A DNA stretch of 55,721 nucleotides, taken from Mogibacterium sp. (GTDB lineage Bacteria > Bacillota > Clostridia > Peptostreptococcales > Anaerovoracaceae). Below, piece by piece: positions 26,698-36,700 of the stretch; positions within the stretch are counted from its first letter, which is position 1; each line of letters starts with the position of its first letter. The stretch covers positions 1 through 55,721 of the forward strand of contig JAFRFA010000134.1 in the NCBI GenBank assembly GCA_017434585.1, written 5' to 3'. A program made the position numbers and the translations under genes. A model generated the notes under the pieces. The model had not been told where the DNA came from, did no database searches, and was given only the letters and a program-made list of their open reading frames with translations.

Positions 26698-29361
26698 TCA
26701 CTTCAGTTCATACCAGGTCTTGCCTGTGTGTATATCGCATACAAGGTCTACGGCAAGATCGGCGGCGTTTCTCATGCATGTGTCGAGTATCTCCCTCACC
26801 TGAGCCAGCTCGCTGTCAGGGCCTTCGACGATGAGCTCATCGTGTATCTGCAGTATGAGCCTGGATCTTAGTCCTTTCTTTCTGAGCTCGGCGGAAACGG
26901 AATTCATCGCGATCTTTATTATGTCGGCAGCCGTTCCCTGTATCGGAGTGTTCATCGCAAGACGCTTTGCAAGTTCTCTTTCCATGAATTTTCTGGATGC
27001 GAATTCAGGGATCTTTCTGACCCTGCCGAAGTAAGTCCTCACTTCGCGGTTTTCTTCGCCGCTTTCTATCTGCCTGTCCAGATATTCCTTTACAGCGGTA
27101 TGCTTGGCAAAATACTCGTTGATATACTTCTGCCCTTCGGTCCTGGATATGTTCAGGCTCTCGCCGAGTCCGAATCCGCTCATTCCGTATACGACACCGA
27201 AATTGACCGCCTTTGCGCGCGTCCTGTCCAGAGCAGTGACTTCATCCTCCGGAATGTTGAACACTCTGGACGCCGTGGCTCTGTGTATATCCTTGCCGGA
27301 TCTGAAGTCTTCGATCAGGGATCCGTCTCCGCTGAGAGCAGCCAGTATCCGCAGTTCTATCTGTGAATAGTCGGAGCCTGTGAACGAGCAGCTGCCTGAA
27401 GAAACGGTGAACGCTTTTCTTATCATTCTGCCGTACTCATCTCTCACAGGTATGTTCTGAAGGTTAGGCTCCGTGCAGCTGAGCCTTCCGGTGGCGGCGA
27501 CAGTCTGCATGAAATGCGGTCTTACCCTTCCGTCCTCGCCGATAAGCGGCAGAAGGCCTTCGACATAAGTGCTGTTCAATTTTGAAAGCTTGCGGTATTC
27601 AAGGACATCGGCAACGATCCTGTTGTCATCCTTCAGTTTTTCGAGCACATCGGCAGCGGTCGAATATGAGCCGCTCTTGTTTTTCCCCTGTTTAGGGTAC
27701 GGTATCTGCATCTTCTCAAAGAGGATGCTTCCGAGCTGCTTAGGTGAATTGATATTGAATTCAGCTCCCGCTTCATCATATATGCCTGCTTCGAGTTCTT
27801 TTATGCCTGCAGTGAGCTCGTCACCGATGCTCCTGAGTATGTCCCTGTCGCACCTGATGCCTTCGCGCTCCATGAGAGCAAGCGTCAGTACAAGAGGCAT
27901 CTCGCATGTCTCGAAAAGCTCCCTGCATCCTGCTTCATCGAGTGAAGCGGACTGCTGTTCTTTGACTCTGGCGGCATAAAAGGCTCTTTTTACAAGTTCT
28001 TCATCTGAAAGTCCGAGCGAATCATCAGACGCCGCATCTGAAAGAGCCGCAGTCTCGTCTTCAGCCGCCACATATCCGTTATATCTCAGGAGAAGCTTGT
28101 CGAGAGGATATTTCTGCCTGTTCGCATCGAGCAGGTATTCTGCTATCGCAGCATCGTAACACGGGATGTATTCCGCCTCATGTTTCGCAAGAAGCGAATA
28201 GATTATACGTTTGAGGCCGCATCCGCACAGCCTGTATCCCATTCCGGCGACAGCGGATATCACCAGGGGCCCGTCCACGGGCGTAAGCTCCCTGACGCAT
28301 GCGATGCTTTTATCATCGCTGTACATGACTATACTTCTTATCTCAGGCTCCCTGAGATGGTCCGCATCTGTTGCAGCCTCTATGAAAACCTCACTCCCGG
28401 ATGCGACTTTCGACATGAAATCTTCCGGGCTCACCATGCGCACTTTTTCGAGAGCTGTTCTGAGATCCTGCGAAGATGAAGGCGCAGCTATATCATCGGA
28501 CGCGCCCGCCTGGAGTTTTTTGAGGAAGCTGTTGAATTCCAGCTCCGTGTATACCCCGACCAGTCTCTTCATGTCAGGCTCTGTGTATTCGAGCTCCTCC
28601 CATGTGAAATCCACAGGAGACTCTCTGTTGATGGTCGCAAGCCATTTTGACATGCGCGCGGTCTCCATATTGTCCCTGATGTTTTCGCCCATCTTCCCCT
28701 TTATCTCACCGGCATGCTCGAGAACGCTCTCAAGAGTCCCGTATTCTTTCAGAAGGGCTATGCCTTTTTTCTCGCCTATGCCCGGCACTCCGGGTATGTT
28801 GTCGGAGCTGTCTCCCATGAGACCTTTCAGGTCAATGAACTGTTCAGGTGTCAGACCGTATCTTTCTTCCATCGCATCGATGTCGTATAGGTCGAATTCG
28901 CTCATACCGCGCTTATTGATAAGCACCATTACATGTTCGCCGACAAGCTGGAGTTCGTCCTTGTCGCCCGAAATAACGAGCGTATCCAGGCCTTTCTGTT
29001 CTGCTCTGGAGCTTATGGTGCCGATGATGTCATCCGCTTCGTACTGAGGCTTTTCCAAAACGGCGATGTTCATCGCTTCAAGGACCTCATGCATCATCGG
29101 TATCTGCGAAAGGAGTTCAGGCGGAGTCTTAAGTCTGCCCGCTTTGTATTCCTTGTATACATCGTGTCTGAAAGTCCCGCCTTTCATGTCGAACGCGACC
29201 GCGATGTGGGTAGGACTGTAATCCGCTATGATCTTGTTCAGCATATTAACAAAGGCAAACACACCCTGAGTGTGCATGCCTTTTGAAGTGACCATTGGTC
29301 TCATTGCGAAATATGCTCTGAACAGCAGACTGTTGCCGTCGATGAGTATAAGTCTTTTCAT
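26698..29361 (-). CDS. polA: DNA polymerase I
   Basis: It has a 5'-3' exonuclease N-terminus (MKRLILIDGNSLLFRAYFA, GDSSDNIPGVPGIGEKK). Polymerase motifs are DYSQIELRILA, RTRAKAVNFGVVYGMS and QIHDELIVE. The start is set at the ATG at 29361, preceded by GGAGA. The 24-codon upstream extension in the track overlaps the preceding gene. Confidence 0.95.
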   Translation of the reverse strand: MKRLILIDGNSLLFRAYFAMRPMVTSKGMHTQGVFAFVNMLNKIIADYSPTHIAVAFDMKGGTFRHDVYKEYKAGRLKTPPELLSQIPMMHEVLEAMNIAVLEKPQYEADDIIGTISSRAEQKGLDTLVISGDKDELQLVGEHVMVLINKRGMSEFDLYDIDAMEERYGLTPEQFIDLKGLMGDSSDNIPGVPGIGEKKGIALLKEYGTLESVLEHAGEIKGKMGENIRDNMETARMSKWLATINRESPVDFTWEELEYTEPDMKRLVGVYTELEFNSFLKKLQAGASDDIAAPSSSQDLRTALEKVRMVSPEDFMSKVASGSEVFIEAATDADHLREPEIRSIVMYSDDKSIACVRELTPVDGPLVISAVAGMGYRLCGCGLKRIIYSLLAKHEAEYIPCYDAAIAEYLLDANRQKYPLDKLLLRYNGYVAAEDETAALSDAASDDSLGLSDEELVKRAFYAARVKEQQSASLDEAGCRELFETCEMPLVLTLALMEREGIRCDRDILRSIGDELTAGIKELEAGIYDEAGAEFNINSPKQLGSILFEKMQIPYPKQGKNKSGSYSTAADVLEKLKDDNRIVADVLEYRKLSKLNSTYVEGLLPLIGEDGRVRPHFMQTVAATGRLSCTEPNLQNIPVRDEYGRMIRKAFTVSSGSCSFTGSDYSQIELRILAALSGDGSLIEDFRSGKDIHRATASRVFNIPEDEVTALDRTRAKAVNFGVVYGMSGFGLGESLNISRTEGQKYINEYFAKHTAVKEYLDRQIESGEENREVRTYFGRVRKIPEFASRKFMERELAKRLAMNTPIQGTAADIIKIAMNSVSAELRKKGLRSRLILQIHDELIVEGPDSELAQVREILDTCMRNAADLAVDLVCDIHTGKTWYELK

Positions 29362-29365
29362 GGTT

Positions 29366-30901
29366 TTATCTCCGTGCCGTAAAAACCGAAGCCGACGGGA
29401 GTCCGTATGCTGGTTTGGCCGACATGGCCGCATCTATTATCGCATACTGCATAACGTCTGTGGCCAGAGCGGCAAATGCATCGAAATTCACTTCCTGTTT
29501 GCCGGAAGCAAGTACGAACACCGTATCTCCGTCAAGCGTGCTGTGTACGGGCTTGATGGCCCTTGCGTACGCATCGTGTAGTATGGAGGCAAGCTTGTTT
29601 GCCTGAGCCTTTGTAAGCTTCGCGTTCGTTATGAGACATCCGATCGTGGTATTGAACGGGATATCGTATCCGAGATCAGCGTCTTCTTTTGCGGTCTCTT
29701 CGAATTCATCGAGGAAATCTTCGATCGCCTGTTTTTCGGCATCATGGATCTCTTCTTCGTCCTCTTCGTACGCTGCCGCTTCGTCGCGTCTCATGTGTTT
29801 TCCGTAAGGCTTATCATCTATGAAAGACTGCGGTGCTGCAGTTCCATGCCCTGCGGCAGTCTCAGGTACAGGAGCGGCAGCTGCTGTCTCTTCGGTCACC
29901 GGCCCAGGTGTAACGGATGCTTTCTTTGCAGCGGCAGGCTCAGGAGCGATCGCTGCTGCTTCGGCGGCCTTTTCAGCCTCCCTCTTCTCTTCTGCGAGAC
30001 GCATAGCTTTGCGCTGCTCTTCTCTCAGCATCTCCTGTCTGACCCTGTCTTCCTTGAATCTTTTATCCGCTTCGAGGATATCTGATTTTTTGTACTGGTT
30101 CGTCTTCCTGAATTCTTCTTTGATCGCCCTTGCGACTTCCCTCATTCTTTCCCTGTGCTCGACTCTAGTCATGGATCCGACGGCCTCGCGTCTGTCACTT
30201 TCAGCAACGGTTTCACGAGGTTTTTTAGGGCTTTCCGGAACGACCATGTCCTTAAGAGCCCTTATCGTGCCGTATATGCTTCTTCCGTCTTCCGAGCGAA
30301 GGCCCGCGATTATGTTGCCGGCTCCGTTATAGACATCGCCCATCGCGTTTACCGCCACTACTGCTCCGACCTCAATGGATCCGTCCCCGCATGCAAATGT
30401 CCCGAGGCCGGTCTTCATTGCCCTTCTGATGCCAAAAGTCTTGCCGACTGACGCTCCTGTTCCGGCGCCGGAATTCCCGTTCCTGAACCTGCCGTTGAAA
30501 GCGTTTCTTGTCGCCTCGATGCCCATTTTGACGTCAGGAAAGGCCCTGCAGTCTCCTATGTTCAGATCAAAAAGAGATGCTCCGCATACCAGAGGTACGA
30601 CGATGTCTCCCATCCTGAAACCGATGCCGTGTTCAGCCAGTTCTCTTGTCACACCGGAAGCAGCTTCGAGCCCGAACGCCGAGCCGCCGCTGAGTATCAC
30701 ACCGTTGATGGTCTCTGCGGTGTTCTCGCTTTTCAGAAGATCGGTCTCCCTTGTAGCGGGACCTCCGCCGCGGACATCGACGCCTCCTACAGCGCCCTTT
30801 TCGCAGACGATGACTGTGCAGCCCGTTCCTTTGCCTCGGTCCTCGGCATTGCCGATCATGAAATCATCAAGCATGGAAATGTCGATAGTGTTAAGTTTCA
30901 T
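29366..30901 (-). CDS. P1/S58 (DmpA-type) self-processing aminopeptidase homologue with a large charged insertion
   Basis: The N-terminal part (GNAEDRGKGTGCTVIV, GGVDVRGGGPATRETDLL, ILSGGSAFGLEAA) matches peptidase family S58. So does the C-terminal part (FNTTIGCLITNAKLTKAQANKLA...HDAYARAIKPVHSTLDGDTVF). About 190 aa of Glu/Lys/Arg/Ala/Pro-rich sequence sit between them. The ATG at 30901 is preferred over the TTG at 30946. Confidence 0.8.
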   Translation of the reverse strand: MKLNTIDISMLDDFMIGNAEDRGKGTGCTVIVCEKGAVGGVDVRGGGPATRETDLLKSENTAETINGVILSGGSAFGLEAASGVTRELAEHGIGFRMGDIVVPLVCGASLFDLNIGDCRAFPDVKMGIEATRNAFNGRFRNGNSGAGTGASVGKTFGIRRAMKTGLGTFACGDGSIEVGAVVAVNAMGDVYNGAGNIIAGLRSEDGRSIYGTIRALKDMVVPESPKKPRETVAESDRREAVGSMTRVEHRERMREVARAIKEEFRKTNQYKKSDILEADKRFKEDRVRQEMLREEQRKAMRLAEEKREAEKAAEAAAIAPEPAAAKKASVTPGPVTEETAAAAPVPETAAGHGTAAPQSFIDDKPYGKHMRRDEAAAYEEDEEEIHDAEKQAIEDFLDEFEETAKEDADLGYDIPFNTTIGCLITNAKLTKAQANKLASILHDAYARAIKPVHSTLDGDTVFVLASGKQEVNFDAFAALATDVMQYAIIDAAMSAKPAYGLPSASVFTARR

Positions 30902-30959
30902 TGTTTCCCGTGTTCTTTCAGTCAGATATCTCTGTTCGATATGCAAAATATATCACATT

Positions 30960-32486
30960 TCAGAAGCATTTTTTAAGCATTTCAGGGTCCGGCTCTGATT
31001 TATCGAGTGCTCCGGCCGCAAAGTATGCGATTCCTCCGATCAGCAGTCCCGCTATTATCTCATGGATGCCGAACGGAAGTATCTTGACTCTGTTGAAGAA
31101 TATAAAGGTCGCAAGTCCGCATATGACAGACGCGAGACAGGCTTTGCTGCTTCCCTTCTTCCAGTAGAGTCCTCCGATTATCGGCCAGAAAAACGTAGCT
31201 TCGAGTCCTCCGAACGCAAACAGGTTTATCCATACTATGACATCGGGAGGGTTGAGCGCCAGAAGGCAGCCGACGATGCCGATCCCGGCAGTCAGCGCAA
31301 AACTGTATTTAGGCACTTTCCCGAAAGCCTCGTCATATACCGGATCGTTCACCGCTTCCGTTCCGAGCGGTACTTTTTTGACATAGTGCAGATACAGGTC
31401 CTTTATTATAGTTGCTGATGCCAGTATGAGAAGCGAATCTATCGTTGACATTACTGCCGCCAGCGGCGCCGCAAGGAAAAGCCCGGCGGCCCAGGCAGGC
31501 ATGTATCTCATGACGACATACGGTATGACCTGGTCGGTGCTTTCAAGTCCGCCTTCAGGAAGAAGAGGAAAAGCAAGTGTGCCGGCAAGGTGCATGCCTA
31601 TCATGAGGACGCCGATAACAGCCGTTCCGTATATCATAGCTCTGTGCATGGATTTTGTGTCCCTGAATGCCATGCACCTTACAGCGGTCTGAGGAAGTCC
31701 CAGCACGGCCACTCCGACGAGTACCCAGAAAGATATCAGCGCTCCCGGCCTGAGTGCCGGTATTTCGGTTCCGTATGAGCCCTTGCCCATGAGATCCCAT
31801 CCCGGGTTTCCTGCATCGAGAGACGATACTATACTGTCCATTCCGCCGCCCGCTCTTATGATAAAGAACAGCAGAAGGAATGTGCCTGCGGTCATGACGA
31901 TGCCCTGTATCGTGTCAGTGGTGACTACCGCCTTGAATCCTCCTACCGAGGTATAGATCACTACTACTGCGCCGAAAAGCAGAAGACCTGCCCAGTAAGG
32001 AAGGCCTGTAACGCTCTGAAGAAGGGTCGCACCGCCTATGAACTGCGCGATCATCTGCGTCGTAAAGAATACGACCATCGCTATCCCGCATATTATCACT
32101 ACCGCAGGAGAATCATAACGTGCCCTGAGATAATCGTTTATAGTGACAGCATTCGTCCTTCTGGCTATCATTGCGAATTTTTTGCCGAGCACTCCGAGCG
32201 TAAGGAATGTTGCTCCTATCTGCACTCCGGCTACCCACGACCATGTCATGCCGAAGCTCGAAGCAAGTCCCGGTCCGCCAAGAAATGAACTTGCGATCGT
32301 ATATGTCGCGACAAGAGTCATCGCGAGGACGACGCCTCCCATGCTTCTCGAGCCGGCAAAGTAATTTGAAAGGAATCCGCTTGACGCATTCTCTTTTGCG
32401 GATCGCCTGCTTGCACTGATACCGAGGTACAGGTTTATCAGAAGATAAGCCACGAGAATGAAAAGTACGGCAGCGTTCTTACTCAT
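30960..32486 (-). CDS. panF: sodium:solute symporter family protein, probable sodium/pantothenate symporter PanF
   Basis: This is an SSS-family polytopic protein (FAGSRSMGG..., about 13 TM helices). It is preceded by, and overlaps, a YhdT-like small membrane protein gene, the arrangement seen for panF. The start is the ATG at 32486, preceded by GGAAGGAGA. Confidence 0.7.
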   Translation of the reverse strand: MSKNAAVLFILVAYLLINLYLGISASRRSAKENASSGFLSNYFAGSRSMGGVVLAMTLVATYTIASSFLGGPGLASSFGMTWSWVAGVQIGATFLTLGVLGKKFAMIARRTNAVTINDYLRARYDSPAVVIICGIAMVVFFTTQMIAQFIGGATLLQSVTGLPYWAGLLLFGAVVVIYTSVGGFKAVVTTDTIQGIVMTAGTFLLLFFIIRAGGGMDSIVSSLDAGNPGWDLMGKGSYGTEIPALRPGALISFWVLVGVAVLGLPQTAVRCMAFRDTKSMHRAMIYGTAVIGVLMIGMHLAGTLAFPLLPEGGLESTDQVIPYVVMRYMPAWAAGLFLAAPLAAVMSTIDSLLILASATIIKDLYLHYVKKVPLGTEAVNDPVYDEAFGKVPKYSFALTAGIGIVGCLLALNPPDVIVWINLFAFGGLEATFFWPIIGGLYWKKGSSKACLASVICGLATFIFFNRVKILPFGIHEIIAGLLIGGIAYFAAGALDKSEPDPEMLKKCF

Positions 32487-32739
32487 CGCTGTCTCCTTCC
32501 TCATCCTCAAGGCTGAAATCCCTGAAGACGCTCTTCAGTAAAAAAGCTACCCCAGCAAGCGCTATCACGAACATGCCCGGGGTGCTTATTACCCACCACA
32601 GCGGAAGTCCGAACAGCCTCAGGCCCGTACCGGACAGGCCGTATGCGAATGCGACGTTCCACACAAAGCATAATGCAAATAATATGAGGGTGTATTTTGC
32701 TTCTTTTCTGATCTGTTTTTCTTTTTGTTCTCTGTTCAT
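32479..32739 (-). CDS. YhdT-family (DUF997) small membrane protein
   Basis: It is about 86 aa with two TM helices (YTLILFALCFVWNVAFAYGL and WWVISTPGMFVIALAGVAFLL) and an acidic tail. It overlaps the panF start by 8 nt. The start is taken as the ATG at 32739; the track start at 32751 is TTG. Confidence 0.65.
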   Translation of the reverse strand: MNREQKEKQIRKEAKYTLILFALCFVWNVAFAYGLSGTGLRLFGLPLWWVISTPGMFVIALAGVAFLLKSVFRDFSLEDEEGDSDE

Positions 32740-32939
32740 TTTTCTTATCAAAAAAATCCCGAAATACCGTCAAGCCTTTAATTGACGCCCTATCGTTTAC
32801 GATAAGGTGGGTACTTCCTGAGCCTGGCTTCTGTAGTCCACCCTTTGGAGGCTTTACATAATGCTTCCGCATCGGAATCCCTTTAAGTATGTGTAGGTTC
32901 AATTATGAAGACTTTAACGCATATTCCAGGACTTGCTTA

Positions 32940-33659
32940 TCAGTCGAGTTCTAGATCGCAGTTGAAGTATACCTTCTGGACGTCATCGTTGTCCTCGAGG
33001 CTTGTTATGAGTTTCGTGAGCGATTTGACCGCAGCTTCGTCAGTGACATTTGCCTCCATCGACGGGATCTGCTCTATCTCTGCTTCGAAGATCTCGTAGC
33101 CTGCATCCTTGATGGCCTGATGCACATCGTTGAAGACCGACGGCTCAGTCCTGATCTCGAAGTTGTCCTCGTTTACGATCATGTCATCAGCGCCGGCATC
33201 GAGAGCCGCCATCATGACTTCATCCTCGTCGAGGCCTTCTGAGTCTATGACGACAACGCCCTTGCGGCTGAACATATACGATACGCATCCCGGTGTGCCG
33301 AGGTTCCCTCCGTTCTTGTCGAAGACGGATCTTACGAAGGAAGCTGTCCTGTTCTTGTTGTCCGTAAGAGCCTCGACTATGACGGCTACTCCGCTTGGCC
33401 CGTAACCCTCAAACTGAAGTTCTTCGTACGATTCTCCGCCAAGCTCTCCGGTACCCTTTTTGATCGCTCTGTTGATGTTATCGTTAGGCATTCCTATGGA
33501 TTTTGCCTTGTCGATCGCGACTCTTAGCGAAGGGTTGAATTCCGGATCCCCGCCGGCTTTTGCCGCCACGATGATCTGCCTCGAATACTTGGTGAACATC
33601 GCGGATCTTTTCGAATCCTGTGCTGATTTCCTGTTTGCTATGGTTCCATGCCTGCCCAT
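32940..33659 (-). CDS. YebC/PmpR family DNA-binding regulator / translation factor
   Basis: The 239-aa ORF contains MGRHGTIANRKSAQDSKRSAMFTK, NPSLRVAIDKAKSIGMPNDNINRAI and YEGYGPSGVAVIVEALTDNKNRT. Confidence 0.9.
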   Translation of the reverse strand: MGRHGTIANRKSAQDSKRSAMFTKYSRQIIVAAKAGGDPEFNPSLRVAIDKAKSIGMPNDNINRAIKKGTGELGGESYEELQFEGYGPSGVAVIVEALTDNKNRTASFVRSVFDKNGGNLGTPGCVSYMFSRKGVVVIDSEGLDEDEVMMAALDAGADDMIVNEDNFEIRTEPSVFNDVHQAIKDAGYEIFEAEIEQIPSMEANVTDEAAVKSLTKLITSLEDNDDVQKVYFNCDLELD

Positions 33660-33713
33660 TGGCAGCCACCTCCTTTATATGATATTTGTTCAGTTTACAT
33701 CCAAATAATACTA

Positions 33714-36700
33714 CTATGCATCCGTATCTTCAAGATTCTTGAATGCCGTCGACATCATCAGCTTTATACGGTTCAGCTGGTTTACAGTAGAAGCTCCCGG
33801 ATCGTAGTCGATCGCAACGATGTTCGCTTTTTCATCGTACTGCCGCAGAGCCTTGAGCATGCCTTTGCCGGCTACATGGTTAGGCAGGCAGGCAAAAGGC
33901 TGCAGACAGAGTATGTTCTTGACTCCGTCGTCTATCAGATCGACCATTTCGCCGGTCAGGAGCCAGCCTTCGCCGCACTGATTGCCTACCGATATGAAGC
34001 GCTCGGCGTTTGCCGCAGTCTCTTCGATCTTATGATCAGGCGTGAATCTTCTGCTCTTCGCACAGGCATCTCTGACATACTTTCTGTAATGTTCGATGAA
34101 TTCAATGCCGGCGCGGTTTATTATCATGTCCTTATATGTGCCGGACAGGTTGTTGTAGTTATATATCTTGTTGAGGAACCCGTATTCGAAGAAGTCGATG
34201 AACGACGGAACGACGGCTTCTCCTCCCTCCTCCTCGATGGTCTCGACGAGGTTGTTGTTAGCGTTCGGATGGTACTTGACAAGTATCTCGCCGACAACGC
34301 CCACTCTCGGCTTGACGATATCCTCGTGTATCGGAAGATCATCGAAATCGGAGACTATGGCGTTCAGATTCCTGACGAAAGTCTTTCTGCTGAGATCCGT
34401 GCAGTTATCGATTATACGGTCGAACCACGAATCCATCAGGGCCTGCGCCGATCCCTTTTCGATCTCGTACGGCCTTACCCTGTAAAGGCACTTCATCATC
34501 AGATCGCCGTACAGTGATGCGAACACCATCTTTCTGAGAAGGCCGACCGTGAGCTTGAAGCCCGGATTCTTTTCCAGACCTACCATGTTGAACGATATGA
34601 CAGGCACCTGTTCCATGCCGAGGTCCTTGAGAGCCTTTCTCAGGAGAGCCACGTAGTTGCTCGCCCTGCATCCGCCTCCTGTCTGCGACATGAACACCGC
34701 CGTCTTATCCAGATCATACTCGCCTGATTTCAGGGCATATATGATCTGGCCGAGCGTGACTATAGTAGGATAGCACGCATCATTGTTGACGTATCTGAGT
34801 CCTTCCTCTTCGGATTCCTTTGTGACCGCCGGAAGCAGTATGCCGTTATATCCTGCCTTGCGGAGGATAGGCTCGAAATACTGGAAGTGCAGAGGAGACA
34901 TCTGCGGTATCAGGAGCGTATATCCTTCCATGCGCATCTTTTTGGTGAATATCTTCCGGACGTAAGGGATGTTTATCCTTTTAGGTTTCGTTCCCAGCTT
35001 TTCCCTTTCGTCAAGAGCAGCCTTGAGCGATCTGATCCTGATCTTTGCAGCGCCGAGGTTCGCGCCCTCGTCTATCTTCAGGACCGTATAGAGCTTGTTG
35101 TTCTGCTGGAGCAGCTCGTCGACCTCGTCGGTGGTCACAGCGTCAAGACCGCAGCCGAATGAGTTGAGCTGTATCACCTCTATATCGTCATTCTGTCCGG
35201 CAAAGATAGCGGCCTTGTACAGCCTTGAGTGATATACCCACTGGTCGAGGATGCGCACAGGCCTTGCAGTGCTTATCTTCCAGCTGACAGAATCCTCCGA
35301 AAGAACGACCATTCCCTGCTGCGTGATAAGATCGTCTATGCCGTGGTTGATCTCAGGATCCACATGATAAGGCCTTCCGGAAAGGATTATCCCCTTTCTG
35401 CCGTGATCTCTCATGTATCTGATAGCGTCATTGCCGGCTTTAGCGACCCTGCTTCTGTATTCCTTCTGGGCTTTTCTGCCCGCTTCGAGGGCGTGCGTTA
35501 TCTCCGTGGTATCAGTATCAAGGTCGAAAAGGCTGTATTCACGGTCATCCCTGCCGAGATGGTAGCTTTCGACCACGTTCTCGGCATTGCTGACATCGAC
35601 CTGCCGTGTGCCGCAGAAGAACTTCGTCATCTCGCGGACGAATCTTTCATCGTTGTCGTACGGCACGAACGGATGGTAGAACTCCACGTCGTTATCGTAG
35701 AAATAATCCGCCATGTTCTTGTCTATGACTTCCGGATATGTCGCAACGACCGGACAGTTATAGTGATTCGGCGCTGTCTTGTCTTCTACAGCCTCGTAGT
35801 TTATCGACGGATAGAATATCCTCTTTACCCCGTTTTCTACCAGCCACTTTATATGGCCGTGAACGACTTTGGCCGGGTAGCACGCTGTGTCCGAGGATAT
35901 CGTGTCCATCCCGTTCTGGTACATGTCCTTGTTCGTCGGCGGGCTCAGGACTATCCTGAATCCCAGATGAGTGAAGAAAGCATGCCAGAAAGGATAGTTC
36001 TCGTACATGTTGAGGACTCTCGGTATACCGATGATGCCCCTTTTCGCTTCGCTTTCACTGAGAACAGGCCTGTCGAAGAGAAGCTTCGCCTTTGTTCTGT
36101 ACAGGTTAGGAAGATCCGACTTCTTCGAAGAGATGCCGGCACCCTTTTCACATCTGTTGCCTGTTATGTATCTGCTGCCGTCAGCGAACCTGGATATGGT
36201 AAGCAGGCAGTTGTTTCCGCAGCCGCCGCATCTTGCATTCGACGTTGCAACTGAAAAACTGTCGACCTGTTCCAGAGGGAGCACGGTCGATCTGTCTCCC
36301 TCCTTGTAATCGTCACATGCGATTATTGCGGAACCGAAAGCTCCCATAAGGCCGGAAATATCAGGCCTTATGACATCTTTCCCGAGAATTATCTCAAGGC
36401 TCCTGAGTACCGCCTCGTTGAGGAAGGTCCCTCCCTGGACAACGACATTCGGGCCGGTGTCGGAAGTGTTCCTCAGCTTGATGACCTTATAAAGGGCATT
36501 CTTGATGACAGAATAAGACAGCCCGGCTGAGATGTCCGCTATGGACGAGCCCTCTTTCTGGGCCTGCTTGACCTTCGAATTCATGAAGACCGTGCATCTT
36601 GTGCCGAGGTCGACAGGCTTCTTCGATCTCAGGGCTTCTTCAGCGAACTCGGGCACGCTCATGCTCACGGACTTGGCGTAAGTCTCGATGAAAGATCCGC

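Noticed and set aside
29362-29433. The polA ORF has a 24-codon upstream extension (MRPCRPNQHTDSRRLRFLRHGDKT).
   Set aside because: It overlaps the 3' end of the S58 peptidase gene in another frame. The conserved 5'-nuclease N-terminus starts at MKRLILIDGNSL, with a GGAGA RBS.
32507-32902. A 131-aa minus-strand ORF spans the yhdT gene and its leader.
   Set aside because: It is out of frame with, and overlaps, the YhdT-like membrane protein, which has the expected two TM helices and coupling to panF. Its sequence is basic low-complexity.
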